Source: Psammoneis japonica
Taxonomy: Eukaryota
NCBI GenBank assembly: GCA_008632985.1
Contig: QPGO01000077.1
Location: 124,001-188,000, forward strand
DNA length: 64,000 nucleotides
Direction: 5' to 3'
The first letter of the stretch is position 1, and each line of letters begins with the position of its first letter. Shown piece by piece: positions 25,124-37,302 of this stretch. Position numbers and translations under genes: made by a program. The notes beneath the pieces were generated by a model. It did no database searches and was not told where the DNA came from. It saw nothing but the letters and a program-made list of their open reading frames with translations.

Positions 25124-26383
25124 TTACGTGAATCGATCAAGCTCACCTGTGCCATACTCCGTAGTGCCGTAGTCGGATGAATCTCTGTCCATGACAAAAA
25201 TTGTTCGTCTGCGACGAGTACCTCCACCCGGTCTATCTAGTCCAAACACAGACGACCACGCTTCTTGTGCTGTGGATGTTCTACGCTGCTGTCGTCTATG
25301 CCCATTAGTTGCAGTCGCAGGAGGCGGCTCGTCCAACTCCAGGTATTGCCTCGCGTCGTCGCCATTTTCGGTTTCCGATCGCAGCGAGTCTTTCACTTCT
25401 TGTAAAACTGATTCATTAATTGTAAATAATGAGTGTCTGTAGGCAATGCCTTCTTTTGCCATGAAAATCGACTTGGCTCTCCCGTACTTGGGATTCTCTG
25501 GCGAAAGCATTTCAACATCATCGCCCAACAATAGATAGTTACCAAGCACCAACTGCACAAAGACACTGATATATCCTATCCAATTCCCCATGACACGCCA
25601 ATCTTCCCAAACAATCATTCCTGTCAGCGCGTTGACCAGAATAAGTGCCGAGGCATTCAAGGGAACAAACTTGGCTTGTGGTACCGCGGTCGATTGAATG
25701 ACAAGCGCATATGTGGTTACTCCACCACTCAGAATTTTCAACACAATCAGAGTCAATAGGAACCATATACTATCGATCTGCATAATCATCACTTTGGATA
25801 CAGTCAAGTTGACGGTAAAGGCCGTCGCACGTGCCACCAAGAGAATGGATATTTTCTGCCGTTCGTTGCGAAACGTGGAAACATCCCACACGAGCATCAC
25901 AACAAAGGATATCACCATAAGAACTACCTGAATAACTGACCACGCCAGTGCATACCATGCTTTCAATAGTTCCATTGCATTCTGATCATCCTGAGCTGTC
26001 GGGCCGACAATTGGTAGCAGAACAACCGCAATGACTACAATGTATGTTCCTACTCTCATGTCTTTGGTGAAGTTTTCTAACCCCAAAAATGTACCAAACA
26101 CAATCATATTCGCCAACAGTTGCGCTGAAAGAAAGACTGGTCCCACCAAGGACACTGGCCCAAACCATGGAGCAAACAAATTGCCAATTATGGAGGACGT
26201 GATTTGCAACATTAGATGCAAACCGAGATTGCCGTATTTTGCAACGGGGGACCAGGGAACTCCCTCTTTGCGCTCTTTCGCATCTTGATATGCCAAGACT
26301 GCGGTCGCTAGGACTTCAATAGCCCCACCCGCTGAAGCGAGACCAAGGCATATTGGAACAGACTGTACAATATCAAGTCCCAT
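25124..26383 (-). CDS. NIPA/DMT-like multi-pass membrane transporter
   Basis: About 9 hydrophobic segments; APWFGPVSLVGP, FVPL...LTGMIVWED resemble the NIPA Mg2+-transporter family. Confidence 0.65.
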   Translation of the reverse strand: MGLDIVQSVPICLGLASAGGAIEVLATAVLAYQDAKERKEGVPWSPVAKYGNLGLHLMLQITSSIIGNLFAPWFGPVSLVGPVFLSAQLLANMIVFGTFLGLENFTKDMRVGTYIVVIAVVLLPIVGPTAQDDQNAMELLKAWYALAWSVIQVVLMVISFVVMLVWDVSTFRNERQKISILLVARATAFTVNLTVSKVMIMQIDSIWFLLTLIVLKILSGGVTTYALVIQSTAVPQAKFVPLNASALILVNALTGMIVWEDWRVMGNWIGYISVFVQLVLGNYLLLGDDVEMLSPENPKYGRAKSIFMAKEGIAYRHSLFTINESVLQEVKDSLRSETENGDDARQYLELDEPPPATATNGHRRQQRRTSTAQEAWSSVFGLDRPGGGTRRRRTIFVMDRDSSDYGTTEYGTGELDRFT

Positions 26384-26591
26384 GGTCACCACAAAATATA
26401 AGCCACCGCAGACAACACTGAAAACAGAATTTCAATTTTGAATGATATTTATACGTTTATTTAGGCTATATTAAATACCGTTATTAAACCGTTACTGTCA
26501 TTGATGCCCCCGGGATCAGCGCGCGCGTGTGCGCGCAAGCCACGGCCCGCCCGCGCTTCAACGAGAAACCACGCTACAGAACATCACCACC

Positions 26592-27926
26592 ATGGGCTTT
26601 CCTGTTGCGCTCTTCTCATCAGAACCAGACGACGAATGGATCTGTGCCGTATGCCATGATGTTTTAGAAGAGGCAGTCGCAACACCGTGTGGCCATTCGT
26701 TTTGTCGCTCTTGTTTGAAACGGTGTTTGGACGAAAAGGACGAATGCCCCACCTGTCGCGAAGATGTATACGACGACTTTTTTCCTGAGCGAAGCTTTCA
26801 AGCATTTATACTAAAGTCGACAGTGAAGTGCGGGTTAGTGAACAAGGACGATGAGCCATTTGCGACTCGTCAAAGGCTCAACAACGGAGCAGTGGCAGAA
26901 GCGGGTTGTGAATGGACCGGAAAGCTGAGCGATTGGAAACAGCACTGTAAAGACGAATGCGAGTTTTACGTTGTTGGATGTTCGGTGGAGGGATGCACGC
27001 ACCGCTGTCCCCGCAAACTACTGTCAAAACACATTGCCGATGACATGGCGAAACATATGGAGCTCATGGTGGACGCAAAACTCCAAGGCCTCAAACGGGA
27101 GTACGAGAAAAAGCTGGAGGAGAGCGAGTTGAATAACCGAACAATCTTTGAACGACGTCTGGCTGACTCATATTGCCAACAATTCTGTCAGCAATGGATG
27201 AGACACAAGCCAGATGCACTCTTCAATTTTCGTGTTTATGGTCATCGGAACTGTGAAACCCGTGGATATCATCCCCAGCCAAATCCTAATGACTTGAAGA
27301 ATGCCACATCCCTCTTGTTTGGAATTCCAGGTCCCGATAATACGCCTTGGGAAGGTGGGTTGTTTCCTTTGGTCATGGTTTGGCCTTCTGTAAATGAGCC
27401 CCCAAAGTTCAAGTATCCGGAAGGGTTTCACCACGTTAATGTTTACCCCTCTGGAACGTTGGGCCTTAGCACTCTGAATTCCGAAGAAGGATGGAAGACT
27501 CATATCTCGCTTCCCGAAGTGTTGTTTTCAATCCAAGCTCACCTGGCGCACCCGAACGTAAACTCGCCTACCCAAATGGAGGCTTACCAATGCTATACCA
27601 GCGACATGGAACAATACAATTCAAAAGCAAAAGAACTTGTAAGTAAGTATCCCGCATCTTTTTCTTCAGAAGACTTCTTTGCCGCAGCACGCAGGGCATT
27701 CGGTCCAGAACGCATTCCTCAAACCCTGTCTCTCATTGATGACGAGGACGGAAGGTGGACCGAAGAAAGCGCCTTTCTTCCTGATCAAAGAATCAAACCG
27801 GTTTCTAGACCACGTACACCAAAAGCCAAAAAAGGTGCTAAATGCGATTGTTCTTGTTGCGCTTGGGGGGCAACCTTTTGGGATGGTCGCAGAGAAATGC
27901 GCTTCTTGTTTGGATCAAGCGGTTGA
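26592..27926 (+). CDS. RING finger + TRAF-type zinc finger + Ubc9-like E2 domain fusion (catalytic Cys absent)
   Basis: C3HC4 RING (CAVC..PCGHSFC..C..CPTC); CEWTG...HCKDEC...C..EGC...H; GIPGPDNTPWEGGLF...HHVNVYPSGTLGLSTL...SPTQMEAY. Confidence 0.85.
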   Translation: MGFPVALFSSEPDDEWICAVCHDVLEEAVATPCGHSFCRSCLKRCLDEKDECPTCREDVYDDFFPERSFQAFILKSTVKCGLVNKDDEPFATRQRLNNGAVAEAGCEWTGKLSDWKQHCKDECEFYVVGCSVEGCTHRCPRKLLSKHIADDMAKHMELMVDAKLQGLKREYEKKLEESELNNRTIFERRLADSYCQQFCQQWMRHKPDALFNFRVYGHRNCETRGYHPQPNPNDLKNATSLLFGIPGPDNTPWEGGLFPLVMVWPSVNEPPKFKYPEGFHHVNVYPSGTLGLSTLNSEEGWKTHISLPEVLFSIQAHLAHPNVNSPTQMEAYQCYTSDMEQYNSKAKELVSKYPASFSSEDFFAAARRAFGPERIPQTLSLIDDEDGRWTEESAFLPDQRIKPVSRPRTPKAKKGAKCDCSCCAWGATFWDGRREMRFLFGSSG

Positions 27927-28478
27927 TGATCACGATGATTCGGTGGGCGCAATGCTCTGCTAAAGTAGTGGAAACATTTCTCACACAGAAAGCATCTCTT
28001 GGTCAGGAAGGATCGAGGCCTTGCAACAACAACTACAACATAGCAATTAGTGGGAACAATTCGTATGTTGTGTGTGTGTCAATCGTTATTGCAGTGTGTA
28101 CCAAGCTGAAACACATCCCCAAGACATTCCGCTGCCTTTCCATGGCGCATTTTAAATCTCTACTCTCTACTCTAGCTAGCTCTACTGTGCTCTCTAGAGT
28201 AGCTAGCTTCTCTAGAGTAGCTACTCTCTCTCTACTCTAGTAGAGAGAGTGAGCAGAGTACAGTACGAATAAAAATTACTTCGTAAATATAATAAATAGG
28301 CGACGCGGTCGTCGTCCGCTCGTCGCTTCTGTTCTCAGGACCAGCGCGCAGAGAAAATCAAAATGACGAAAAAAAGATCTGACAGAATCCAATGAGGGCA
28401 CACACGTTGGGCTGTCTCGATGCGAATGTCTCAGTGATCGCTTGGTCTCTGCTGATCAATTCTTTTACAACTTTCAAC

Positions 28479-29075
28479 ATGCCTTCTAAGCGTAAAGAAG
28501 AATCAAGAACCAGTGATACTTTGAAGAAACCGCGTCATCAAGACGACGACATTGCAAACCGTCGTGATCCAAGCACGAGAGGTATTCATGAGGATGGCAT
28601 CAAGGTGGAACGTAGCAAGACTAATCGAGCCAAATGCATAACGTGCAATCGCAAGATTGAAAAGGACGAATTACGTTGGGGTATCAAATACGCGGGTAAT
28701 CCAATATCTGGAGAACCGGTTCTGCCCTTGTATGGCAGTCATCCAATGTACATGTGGAATCATGCCACGTGTGGCTTTGCATTTGGACGACACTCTGAGT
28801 TGGAAAAACGAAACAAGTCTTGGCAAGCAATGCGAACCTGTCATCTTTGCGAAGACTCTCCTGCGCGAGGGAAGAGCGATCTAAGAATACGATGCGGAGG
28901 CCCTGAATCGAGCAGTGGCGGCAAAATCCTGTTTCATCACTTCCACTTGTCGTGTGTAAAGAAGATTCTAGAGCGCACCAAAGCAGAGTCTATAAAAATT
29001 CATGCCAGTGTCATTGATGGTTGGGAAAGCTTGTGTGAAGCCGAGAAGAAGTATGCAGAAGAAATCTTTCCATAG
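28479..29075 (+). CDS. PARP-type zinc-finger protein with a second Cys/His finger
   Basis: VERSKTNRAKCITCNRKIEKDELRWG...WNHATC (zf-PARP), then CHLC...C...HHFHLSC. Confidence 0.7.
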   Translation: MPSKRKEESRTSDTLKKPRHQDDDIANRRDPSTRGIHEDGIKVERSKTNRAKCITCNRKIEKDELRWGIKYAGNPISGEPVLPLYGSHPMYMWNHATCGFAFGRHSELEKRNKSWQAMRTCHLCEDSPARGKSDLRIRCGGPESSSGGKILFHHFHLSCVKKILERTKAESIKIHASVIDGWESLCEAEKKYAEEIFP

Positions 29076-29516
29076 AAATGAGTTTTGCATGGCTGGAAAA
29101 AATGGCGTGCGATGTTCCCGGCTTGCAAGCCGTGTTAGATAGTTTAACTAGTCAAAATGCGTCACTTTCACTCTTTCAAGCCTAGGGATGTTCCTTCTAA
29201 AGAAACTACGGCCCTAATGTAAGAGGATGTTCCTGCTAAAAGAAACTACAGTACTCTCTCTAGAGGACAATCGAAACCAAAAGGATCCGGAAGAGCCAAA
29301 ACTTGCCGCCGACAGGCCCAACGACTCCACCGACTAAAATTTCCCAGACGCATAACGAAACGAATCAAAAAAAAAAAAAAAATCATCATCACGACTGCTG
29401 TCGTCAAGTTCTCAGTTAGTTCTGTTACCCTGCGGTTGGCATCAGAACCACAATTCGACACCAGGAACTCTCATCGGTTTGTGAATTTCACTTGGATTTT
29501 TGTTGTTGGCGTTGTC

Positions 29517-31023
29517 ATGTTGTCACTAGCATCGCGATCGGCGTTGCTGAGACTAAAGTTTTCGGGCACAACATCCTGCCGCATTCGCAAAGCATGCTTC
29601 GCTTCCTTGAGTCAAGACGATTTGCTGCAGGAGGAGCACAATGCGTTTGGAGGTCCAGCATTTGATTGGGAGGATCCACTGCGATTGCGCGACGAGCTCA
29701 GTACCGAGGAGACTGCAGTTTGGGATGCCGCTCGATCCTTTTGCCAGGGTGAACTCATGCCTGGCATTGTGGAGGCGAATCGACACGAAATAACGTGTAA
29801 TCACGACATGATGAAGAAAATGGGCCAAGTCGGTATGCTAGGTGCGACCATACCTGAAGCATATGGCGGAGCAGGGCTTGGTTATGTTTCCTACGGTTTG
29901 TTGGCTACCGAAGTCGAACGAGTTGATTCATCCTATCGCTCCAGCATGTCTGTTCAGAGTTCTCTAGTCATGTATCCAATTTTTGCGTACGGTACGGAAG
30001 AGATGAAGAGAAAGTATCTACCAGAGCTAGCACAGGGTAATTTTATCGGTTGCTTCGGGCTAACGGTATGTGCGATTGATCGCGACTTGCTTACATGCTT
30101 GTGAGGAGGCTTGTGTATGGTTCTAGCTGCTCTCACTGACGAATTCTTCCTCAATCTCTAGGAGCCGAATCATGGATCAGACCCATCGTCAATGGAAACA
30201 AGGTATCACATATATCCCTAGATAGGTTTCTTGTGTCGAAGCTATTCTCATCTAACCCTTTTCTCATGTGAATCAAAGATCTCGTTATGATGCCGGCACC
30301 AACGAATATGTTTTGAACGGAAGTAAGAACTGGATCACAAACTCACCGATTGCTGATGTGTTTGTGGTCTGGGCGCGAAACGAAAAGGGCAAGATACGGG
30401 GCTACGTGATTGAAAAGGATACCCCGGGTTTATCAGCTCCCAAGATTGAAGGCAAGTTCAGTCTTCGCGCCTCTGCCACTGGAATGATATTCATGGAGGA
30501 TGTGCGGGTTCCGAAGGAGAATGAGTTTCCCTTGGTTGAGGGACTCAAGGGCCCATTTGGCTGTCTCAACAATGCAAGATATGGAATTGCATGGGGATCG
30601 CTCGGCGCAGCGGAGTTTTGCATGCACACAGCCCGAGGCTACATTTTGGAACGAAAACAATTTGGCGCGCCATTGGCAGCCAATCAACTTCTCCAAAAGA
30701 AACTAGCAGACATGTTGACCGACATTGCATTGGGACGACAGGCATGTCTGCAGGTTGGTCGATTGATGGAATCGGGACGAGCTGCTCCGGACATGATATC
30801 AATGATCAAGCGCAATAACTGTGGCAACGCTCTCGATATTGCTCGAACTGCGCGTGACATGCTTGGTGGAAATGGTGTGTCAGACGAGTATCACGTGATT
30901 CGGCATGTGATGAATTTAGAGGCAGTAAACACATACGAAGGAACACACGATATTCATGCCTTGATTCTCGGAAGAGCAATCACTGGAATACCGGCTTTTG
31001 TTCCTAAAGTGTTTGACAAGTAG
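29517..31023 (+). CDS. GCDH: Glutaryl-CoA dehydrogenase, mitochondrial, 3 exons
   Basis: [80 protein letters not shown]; two short GT-AG introns near 30066 and 30203. Confidence 0.95.
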
Positions 31024-32043
31024 AAGTGATGACGTTGATTTGTATGGTAAAGGTTAGATCCACCGTAGAGCGACAATAAAGTAAATATGAGATTCACAAC
31101 AATTACAAGCGGAGAAGCTAAAAACTGAATGATTAGATCGACCGAGAGAGTGACACGATAAACAACAAAGTACAATTGTCTGTTCACCCCCGCCAACGAC
31201 AACGAAACGAGAAATTCACAAAATCCCTGAGAGAGAAAGATATATAGCAAAGCCTGGTGAAAGCTCCGGAGTTCAGTCTGATGCCATCGTTTGTCTCTTC
31301 CACTCGACAAGTAATACATAACTTAAGGTAGCATTGAGAAGTCCAATGTCTCTTTGAGTCAGATAGCATCATTTGAGCGGCAAGTGGCAAGCAACATTAG
31401 AGTGCACTGCAATCCACCGATGTCCAAACACAGCGACTAGTGTAGCGTAAATACGGCCAAAAACACTTTTACACAGAGCCACATATCTTCAGCACCCACT
31501 ATAATGGTAACATGCAAACTTCAATCTCGTCACATTTTTTGGATTCCGATTGATTCGGATCTTTGGAATGTGAAGCAAGGGATCGCGGATTCATTCGTGA
31601 CTTGTTGTTGTATGGTCGCTTTTCAACGCTTTCTATGTTTAACATACATACACAATATTTTAAGCATTCAACGGCTCGTGCACTTCCAATGAATTACTGT
31701 ATTATGAATATTCATTGAATTCAAAAAAATTATAAATAATAAAACTTTGCATACTGTACGTTGCAAACTTTCCGTTGATCTTCATTTCTTATACAACCGT
31801 TAGCCGGCCACACTATTTTCCCGCCATTTTTTTGAAAAATCGCGCCGCTCACAAAGCAAGAGCGAGGTCGTCTGTCGCAAGCTCATCATTCACCATCTAC
31901 AGCGTGTACTATTGAACGTTTGAAAACTGTAAAACTCCAGCCGCAACCTGTCAAACCGCACCATAGCCTTGCCGTACTCAATTCACTTATTGTCGTCCCT
32001 CTTTATCGTTTCACTTTATCTTTCTCGAGTCACAGTGTAAACC

Positions 32044-34638
32044 ATGGCCGAGGAGGACTTTACCGAATCAATCGTAAAGTCAGCCAAAATTGCACTGGCA
32101 AACAGCCGCGATGCTTTGGACGAGATCAAGACTAAGCAAACGAACTTTCAAGAAGGATATGATGAGGCGGCAGTCGAGGGCAAGCCTGCCGGGTCCCGAG
32201 ACTTTATGCAAAAAATCCAAAGAAAGAACAAGGCAAAAATAGCGGATGACGATACCTTTCACAGCAAAGACTCCCGGAGATCTAGAAGTTCTACCAAAGC
32301 TCTCTTTTCGAGGAAAAAAGACCTTCGGCGACTGATTCGATTCGCCTTGAAGCAAACAGGGTCCACTGGTATTCTCGAAAAGGCTGGTGGTAAATCCGTT
32401 CTCAAGTCTCTCGACGTTTCTGCAATTGTACGCGAAGCTCTCAAGTACCATCACGACCTGAAACTGTCTGAAGAATCTTTTGCAAGCTACAAGGAGCTCC
32501 CAACGATGTTTCTTCAGTCCATTGTGTTTGTTTTCGTTGCTCACTTGAGCCACAGAAAGCAACTTGGACTAAAGGAAGAAGTTACGGTACCAATTTCTGA
32601 CAAAGAAAAGATAAAGTCGGTTGAAAAAACGAGAGCTTCTGTGAAAGGAAAGGACACGTATGAAACGGCCTGCTCTGACCTGTTCTCACTGACCGAGACT
32701 ATTTTCCAATCAAGTGGTGACCATGGCGAACGTGCTTCTTCTTCCAGAAAGACGGCGCCAGGTAAAACCTCTCTGGGACCTTCGAAGGCTGGTTCAAGGA
32801 AGACAGTGGATGATGTCGACGCAGCGTCTGCTGACGACCGATGGGATGACGACGTGAAGTATGCATTGTCACTTCTAGATACGTCCTTGGAAACGGCGCA
32901 GCTATCAAGCGATGAAGAAGACTATGATTACGATTTCGAAGACTATCTCTCGGAAAGCAGTCCAACGTATGTTACTGAGCATAGTTATTATGATGATGAA
33001 GGGTGCCTTGGTTACATATGGGGTAAAGGTGCTCCGCTTGAAGGAGCCATGAACGCCGTGCAAGACAAATCCTTTGACAGCGAAAATGGCACAAAGGCTG
33101 GGGACCAGTCTACGGTATGCACTTTTGAGGGTGACCAGATTTTGTTGACGCAGAACGATGTCAGCCTGATCTCGGAAGCAAGCATGGAGGTGCAGCCTAC
33201 GGCAATCTTTTCGAGTCCTCCTCTTGAGGCGATTCCCACCCCTGATGCGGAAGGAAAAGACAATAGTCTCTTGGAGGAGCCTCCTTGCGTGCCCGCATCT
33301 GAGCCCTCCAACACGTTTCTTGACATCGAACCTGCGGTCGACTCATCCTTTGCAGCCGAAGACGGCGAAGTCGTCACAACGCCGAAAGAGGAACGTGCTA
33401 CTGTCGCTGCTGATACCACTCTCGAGTCGACAGATTTCCCAAAGAAGTCGTTGAAAGATGTGGGCTCGGCCAACGGCGAAGATGCCAAGGCGCCCTCGAA
33501 GACGAGTACACTTGAATCTCATTCTTCAAAAAGTACTCGCAGACTCAGTAATTCCATTGATTCGAATGCACAAAAGAATGAAAGCGTCATTCAAGCGACG
33601 TCAGACAAGCCTGATAGATCGAACGATGACAACAAAGTGTCTGATCCATGGTCCAATTCCTTATGGAGTCCCTCTTGGCGTGATTCTGAGCAGCGCAGCT
33701 ATCGTGCACCAAACGAGAGAGGAGATCTGCAACCATTCGCATTTAAGAATGGAGCTCTCCTCGCATCAAACACCCAGGAAGACAAAAGTAATGAACCCGG
33801 ACAAGTTTCAGGCAAGAGCACAGTTGGATCTGAATATTCTCCAAAAAATAGTCTCATCAATTCCAATGCTCCGAACACGACAAAGAAGGAAAGCGGATCT
33901 CGGTCAGCAACAGGCAAAGTTGATGGTTCGAACGATGGCAAGAAAGTGTCGGATCCGTGGTCAACATCCTCATGGTTTCCCTCGTTGCTCGGTTATCAGC
34001 AGAGCAGCTATCGTTCAGCAAATGACATTGTTACGGCAGACAAACAACCATCAACCGAAGACCTCGCACCAAAGACCAAGGATGACAGGAGCATCGAAAC
34101 TGCAACAGGTGAAGCCGATCGCTTCAACAATGGGACGAAGAACGATGCGAAGACACCAGCAACTGAAACGCAGACGAGAGAATCTTGGGATCCGTTAAAT
34201 ATACACGGCCTCAAACGATACAACCGAAGATCATCCAACCGCCAAAATGCTTTCAACTCTCTTCGAGTATCTTCTGGTCGTCCGCAAACTCCAGACTCGA
34301 AAGAATCATCGTATCATCCGAAAGCGCCACTGGAGCAACAGCCGTCTGGCCGTACAAAAAGTGAAAGCTCGAAATGGCGTCGTCCAAACACCCTGGACCC
34401 ACGAAGCAATCAAGAGTTTCCAGAATCATCTGGTAGCACGAAACATCAGGCTTCGCAAGAATGTACTCCAGGCTCGATAACTTTACCTGGTAGTAGCGAG
34501 TCGACTCCGACCAGAAGCGGCGCCATAAAGAAGCGTGAGCTGCCGTCTCCCGACTCCGTCAGGGATTTCGAGAAGTTGTTTGACAAAATCACCTCTGAAG
34601 TGAACAAAAATGGCGACAGCGCCTTTCAAAAACTGTAG
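32044..34638 (+). CDS. Large Ser/acidic, mostly disordered protein of unknown function
   Basis: 864-aa ORF with normal composition; internal duplication (KVSDPWS...W.PS...SYR twice). Confidence 0.75.
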   Translation: MAEEDFTESIVKSAKIALANSRDALDEIKTKQTNFQEGYDEAAVEGKPAGSRDFMQKIQRKNKAKIADDDTFHSKDSRRSRSSTKALFSRKKDLRRLIRFALKQTGSTGILEKAGGKSVLKSLDVSAIVREALKYHHDLKLSEESFASYKELPTMFLQSIVFVFVAHLSHRKQLGLKEEVTVPISDKEKIKSVEKTRASVKGKDTYETACSDLFSLTETIFQSSGDHGERASSSRKTAPGKTSLGPSKAGSRKTVDDVDAASADDRWDDDVKYALSLLDTSLETAQLSSDEEDYDYDFEDYLSESSPTYVTEHSYYDDEGCLGYIWGKGAPLEGAMNAVQDKSFDSENGTKAGDQSTVCTFEGDQILLTQNDVSLISEASMEVQPTAIFSSPPLEAIPTPDAEGKDNSLLEEPPCVPASEPSNTFLDIEPAVDSSFAAEDGEVVTTPKEERATVAADTTLESTDFPKKSLKDVGSANGEDAKAPSKTSTLESHSSKSTRRLSNSIDSNAQKNESVIQATSDKPDRSNDDNKVSDPWSNSLWSPSWRDSEQRSYRAPNERGDLQPFAFKNGALLASNTQEDKSNEPGQVSGKSTVGSEYSPKNSLINSNAPNTTKKESGSRSATGKVDGSNDGKKVSDPWSTSSWFPSLLGYQQSSYRSANDIVTADKQPSTEDLAPKTKDDRSIETATGEADRFNNGTKNDAKTPATETQTRESWDPLNIHGLKRYNRRSSNRQNAFNSLRVSSGRPQTPDSKESSYHPKAPLEQQPSGRTKSESSKWRRPNTLDPRSNQEFPESSGSTKHQASQECTPGSITLPGSSESTPTRSGAIKKRELPSPDSVRDFEKLFDKITSEVNKNGDSAFQKL

Positions 34639-34801
34639 TTACATTACACTTTTAATTCCATTAGCAAGAATCTTAACTTCAGTCCTTCCATACGCTCGCT
34701 TGAGTCAGTCGCGTGAATAGGAGTGGAACCATAGAGTATGTTTGAGCGCTAGCTAGTATTGAGATCCAGTGAAATAAACGTTGTCGATGCCGGTACAACT
34801 A

Positions 34802-37302
34802 TCACAACCCCGTACTGATCAAGTCGCCAATCTCATCATGACCTCTTTCCCGGGCCCAACCTTCAGCATTGAGTCCTAGAAACTCGGGCGGCGCAAGCGG
34901 TTGTGTATAGTGACCAGTCCCAACTTTCTTTCTATTGGATCCTCTGCTGAGGAAGTATCGAACAAGCGTTCTATCTCCCGCCCAGGACGCATTCAAGAGG
35001 GGCGTGAATTGTCCTCGATCGCACGATTCAATGTCAGCGCCTTTTGATTCTACCAGCCACTTTACTGTCTTGAGCCGTTGGTTGATGACCGCCAGGTTGA
35101 GCAAACCATTTCGCTCGCACACCACGCCAGAGACATAGTTTACATCAAAACCAAATCTCTTTTCTCCCGCTTCCACGAGCCTCCGTATCTGCTGCAGATT
35201 GTCTCCTTTGAGAAGCACGTCAGACGCCTTCAACAAAATACCGTCAGAGCGCTTCCTGTCAGCTTCCTCATCGGTACGGATCTTAGTAATGTACAGCTCA
35301 TGCAACGGCTTTCGAGGTCGACGCGGAAGCTTCCAGTGTTCGGGACAGAGCTGTCGCCACAAGTGATCTCGTTTCTTTATGGCGCGGCTTGTGGTGGCAC
35401 TGATGCACAAAAATTTCCAGTGTTCGGATGGATCGAGAAAACGAAGACAATGCGCAATCGTGTCATCTGGGGCTCCTAGCTGGGCGTCAAACACAAACGA
35501 ATATCAAGGGGAGGTCTCTCCTCTGCTGCTTTTCGCCTTTGTTCTTCCTCCTCGAGCAAAGCATCGATACAAAGCAACTCCGAGGGGTTGAGAGCCACGC
35601 AAGCCTCGTCGACCCAGCTGAACTAAGTGATTCAATATTTCGTAGCCCGAAACTGTCATTGCCTGCCTTTTCATTGCCATCTTTGACGTTTGATTCTCAG
35701 ATAGAGGTGCCTCGTCACCCACTGACGCCTCTTCCTCACGCTGTCGTTGTCGTTTTCGCCGTAATACTCGCCACTGGTTCTTTCGGATATGGAGCCACCG
35801 TTGCAGTTGCGCCTCGGCATCCTCTTCACTGCTTGAACAACACGACGGGAAATGAACAACTTCTTCGCATTCCTTTTCGATTCGTCGTCGCTTCCGTTCG
35901 TTCCAAGAGTAGGATCGTTTCCATTTGGTGGTGGATTCCGCAAGCCAATTATCAAAGATGAGTATCCCTGTTGTGTCCAAAAGTCGTGCGCTACAACGTT
36001 CTCTTGCTCGCCGTCGCAAGACCAATCATCGTCATCGAATTTATACGGTTGCCATTTCTTTCGCCACGTTTCTTTCCTTAAAGCTAACCAACTCGGGAAC
36101 TGCTCCTGATCAATCTTGATGAGAAACTAAACAATCGACAAAACAAACAAAAACTTAGATGAATGTGTGCCAGCGTCGCGAGAAGCGCACAAATGACAAA
36201 AGTACGTACTTGTTCGGCTCGAGTGCCTTCTTCGGGATCAAACTCTTGAGTGGAAGAATCGCTAAACACAAGATGTTTTCCGTCTTTGCCCTGAAACAGA
36301 GGGTTTCTCCATACTGGCGCGGCATCCATCGATGGTGGTGTAGGAGTCTTGAAGATGAGTTGACGTTTTGCCAGTGGCTGCTGCCACGTTGGTGCACAAG
36401 GCGCTCGCGATTTGATGAACTGCCTCTTGCTCTGCGCAACTCTCCATTGCCTCTTTTTGAAATCAAGCCAACCCTGGAAATCTCGCTCCATAAACGTAGT
36501 TCTTCGGGTATAATGCTCTCTGGTTCGCCAAAGCGTGATGTGCTGCCATGTTTTTGTGTAGGTCATTGACAGGCCATTGTGGTTGCGGAGTTGTTGGGTA
36601 CAAACCATGCAAAGACTGAAAAGGGTAAAGCCCAAACACGGGATTCGCTGAAGTGTCTCGAAAAGCCTTTTTCATTACTTGACATGCCATTTGAGCTGCC
36701 AAGTGTGATTGGTCAATATCATTGGACCCATGATTGTTCAAAACAGTACAAGCAAGTCGTTGCGCCAAATCATGCCGAGCGACAACGATTGTAATGTCTG
36801 TGACTTGTCGTAGATAAAATGAAATTGCTGAAAGCGAACCAAACGAGGAAATGGCCCGTCCATCCAGTGACAGAACCAAATCGCCCGGCAAGAGCAGTGG
36901 AACGACATGTGGTGACGGTGGATGCATGACTGCAAAAGTGGCGCGAAAACGATCTTGACTGGTGATGGCTGGATCGTAAATGAGCGATGCGCAGGGTGCA
37001 CATTTCGTCACGTGTGACCACATGGTTGTTCTTCCGACAGCACCATTGATGGATCCAAGAACTAGAAAAGATTCGTCAAAGAGCGACAGTGACAGTCCCC
37101 ATTTTGCCGTATTGCGTCGTAGCGTCAGTGCAACATATGTGAGAGGATTGCCCTGCTGCGAAGTTTCGGTGGCGGTTGCTATTCTTGAAGAACAACCTGG
37201 TTCCACAGAGCGTTCAAGGCTCGGATGATACAAATCGGTTGTCACTCTAGTGGATCCAGGGATGTTACGAACGTCCACAGCAGTCAAAGACGTCACGCTC
37301 AT
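34802..37302 (-). CDS. PDZ-like / F-box / ankyrin-repeat protein, frame broken by indels
   Basis: C-terminal F-box-like APDDTIAHCLRFL...LWRQLC and ankyrin GADIESCDRGQFTPLLNASWAG; N-terminal LLPGDLVLSLDG (PDZ-like). Four consecutive minus-strand ORFs, some joined only by frameshifts. Confidence 0.6.

Noticed and set aside
29186..29251. Two near-copies of ggatgttcct.ctaaa(a)gaaactac
   Set aside because: Only two units, no cas genes, eukaryotic context; a small local duplication, not CRISPR.
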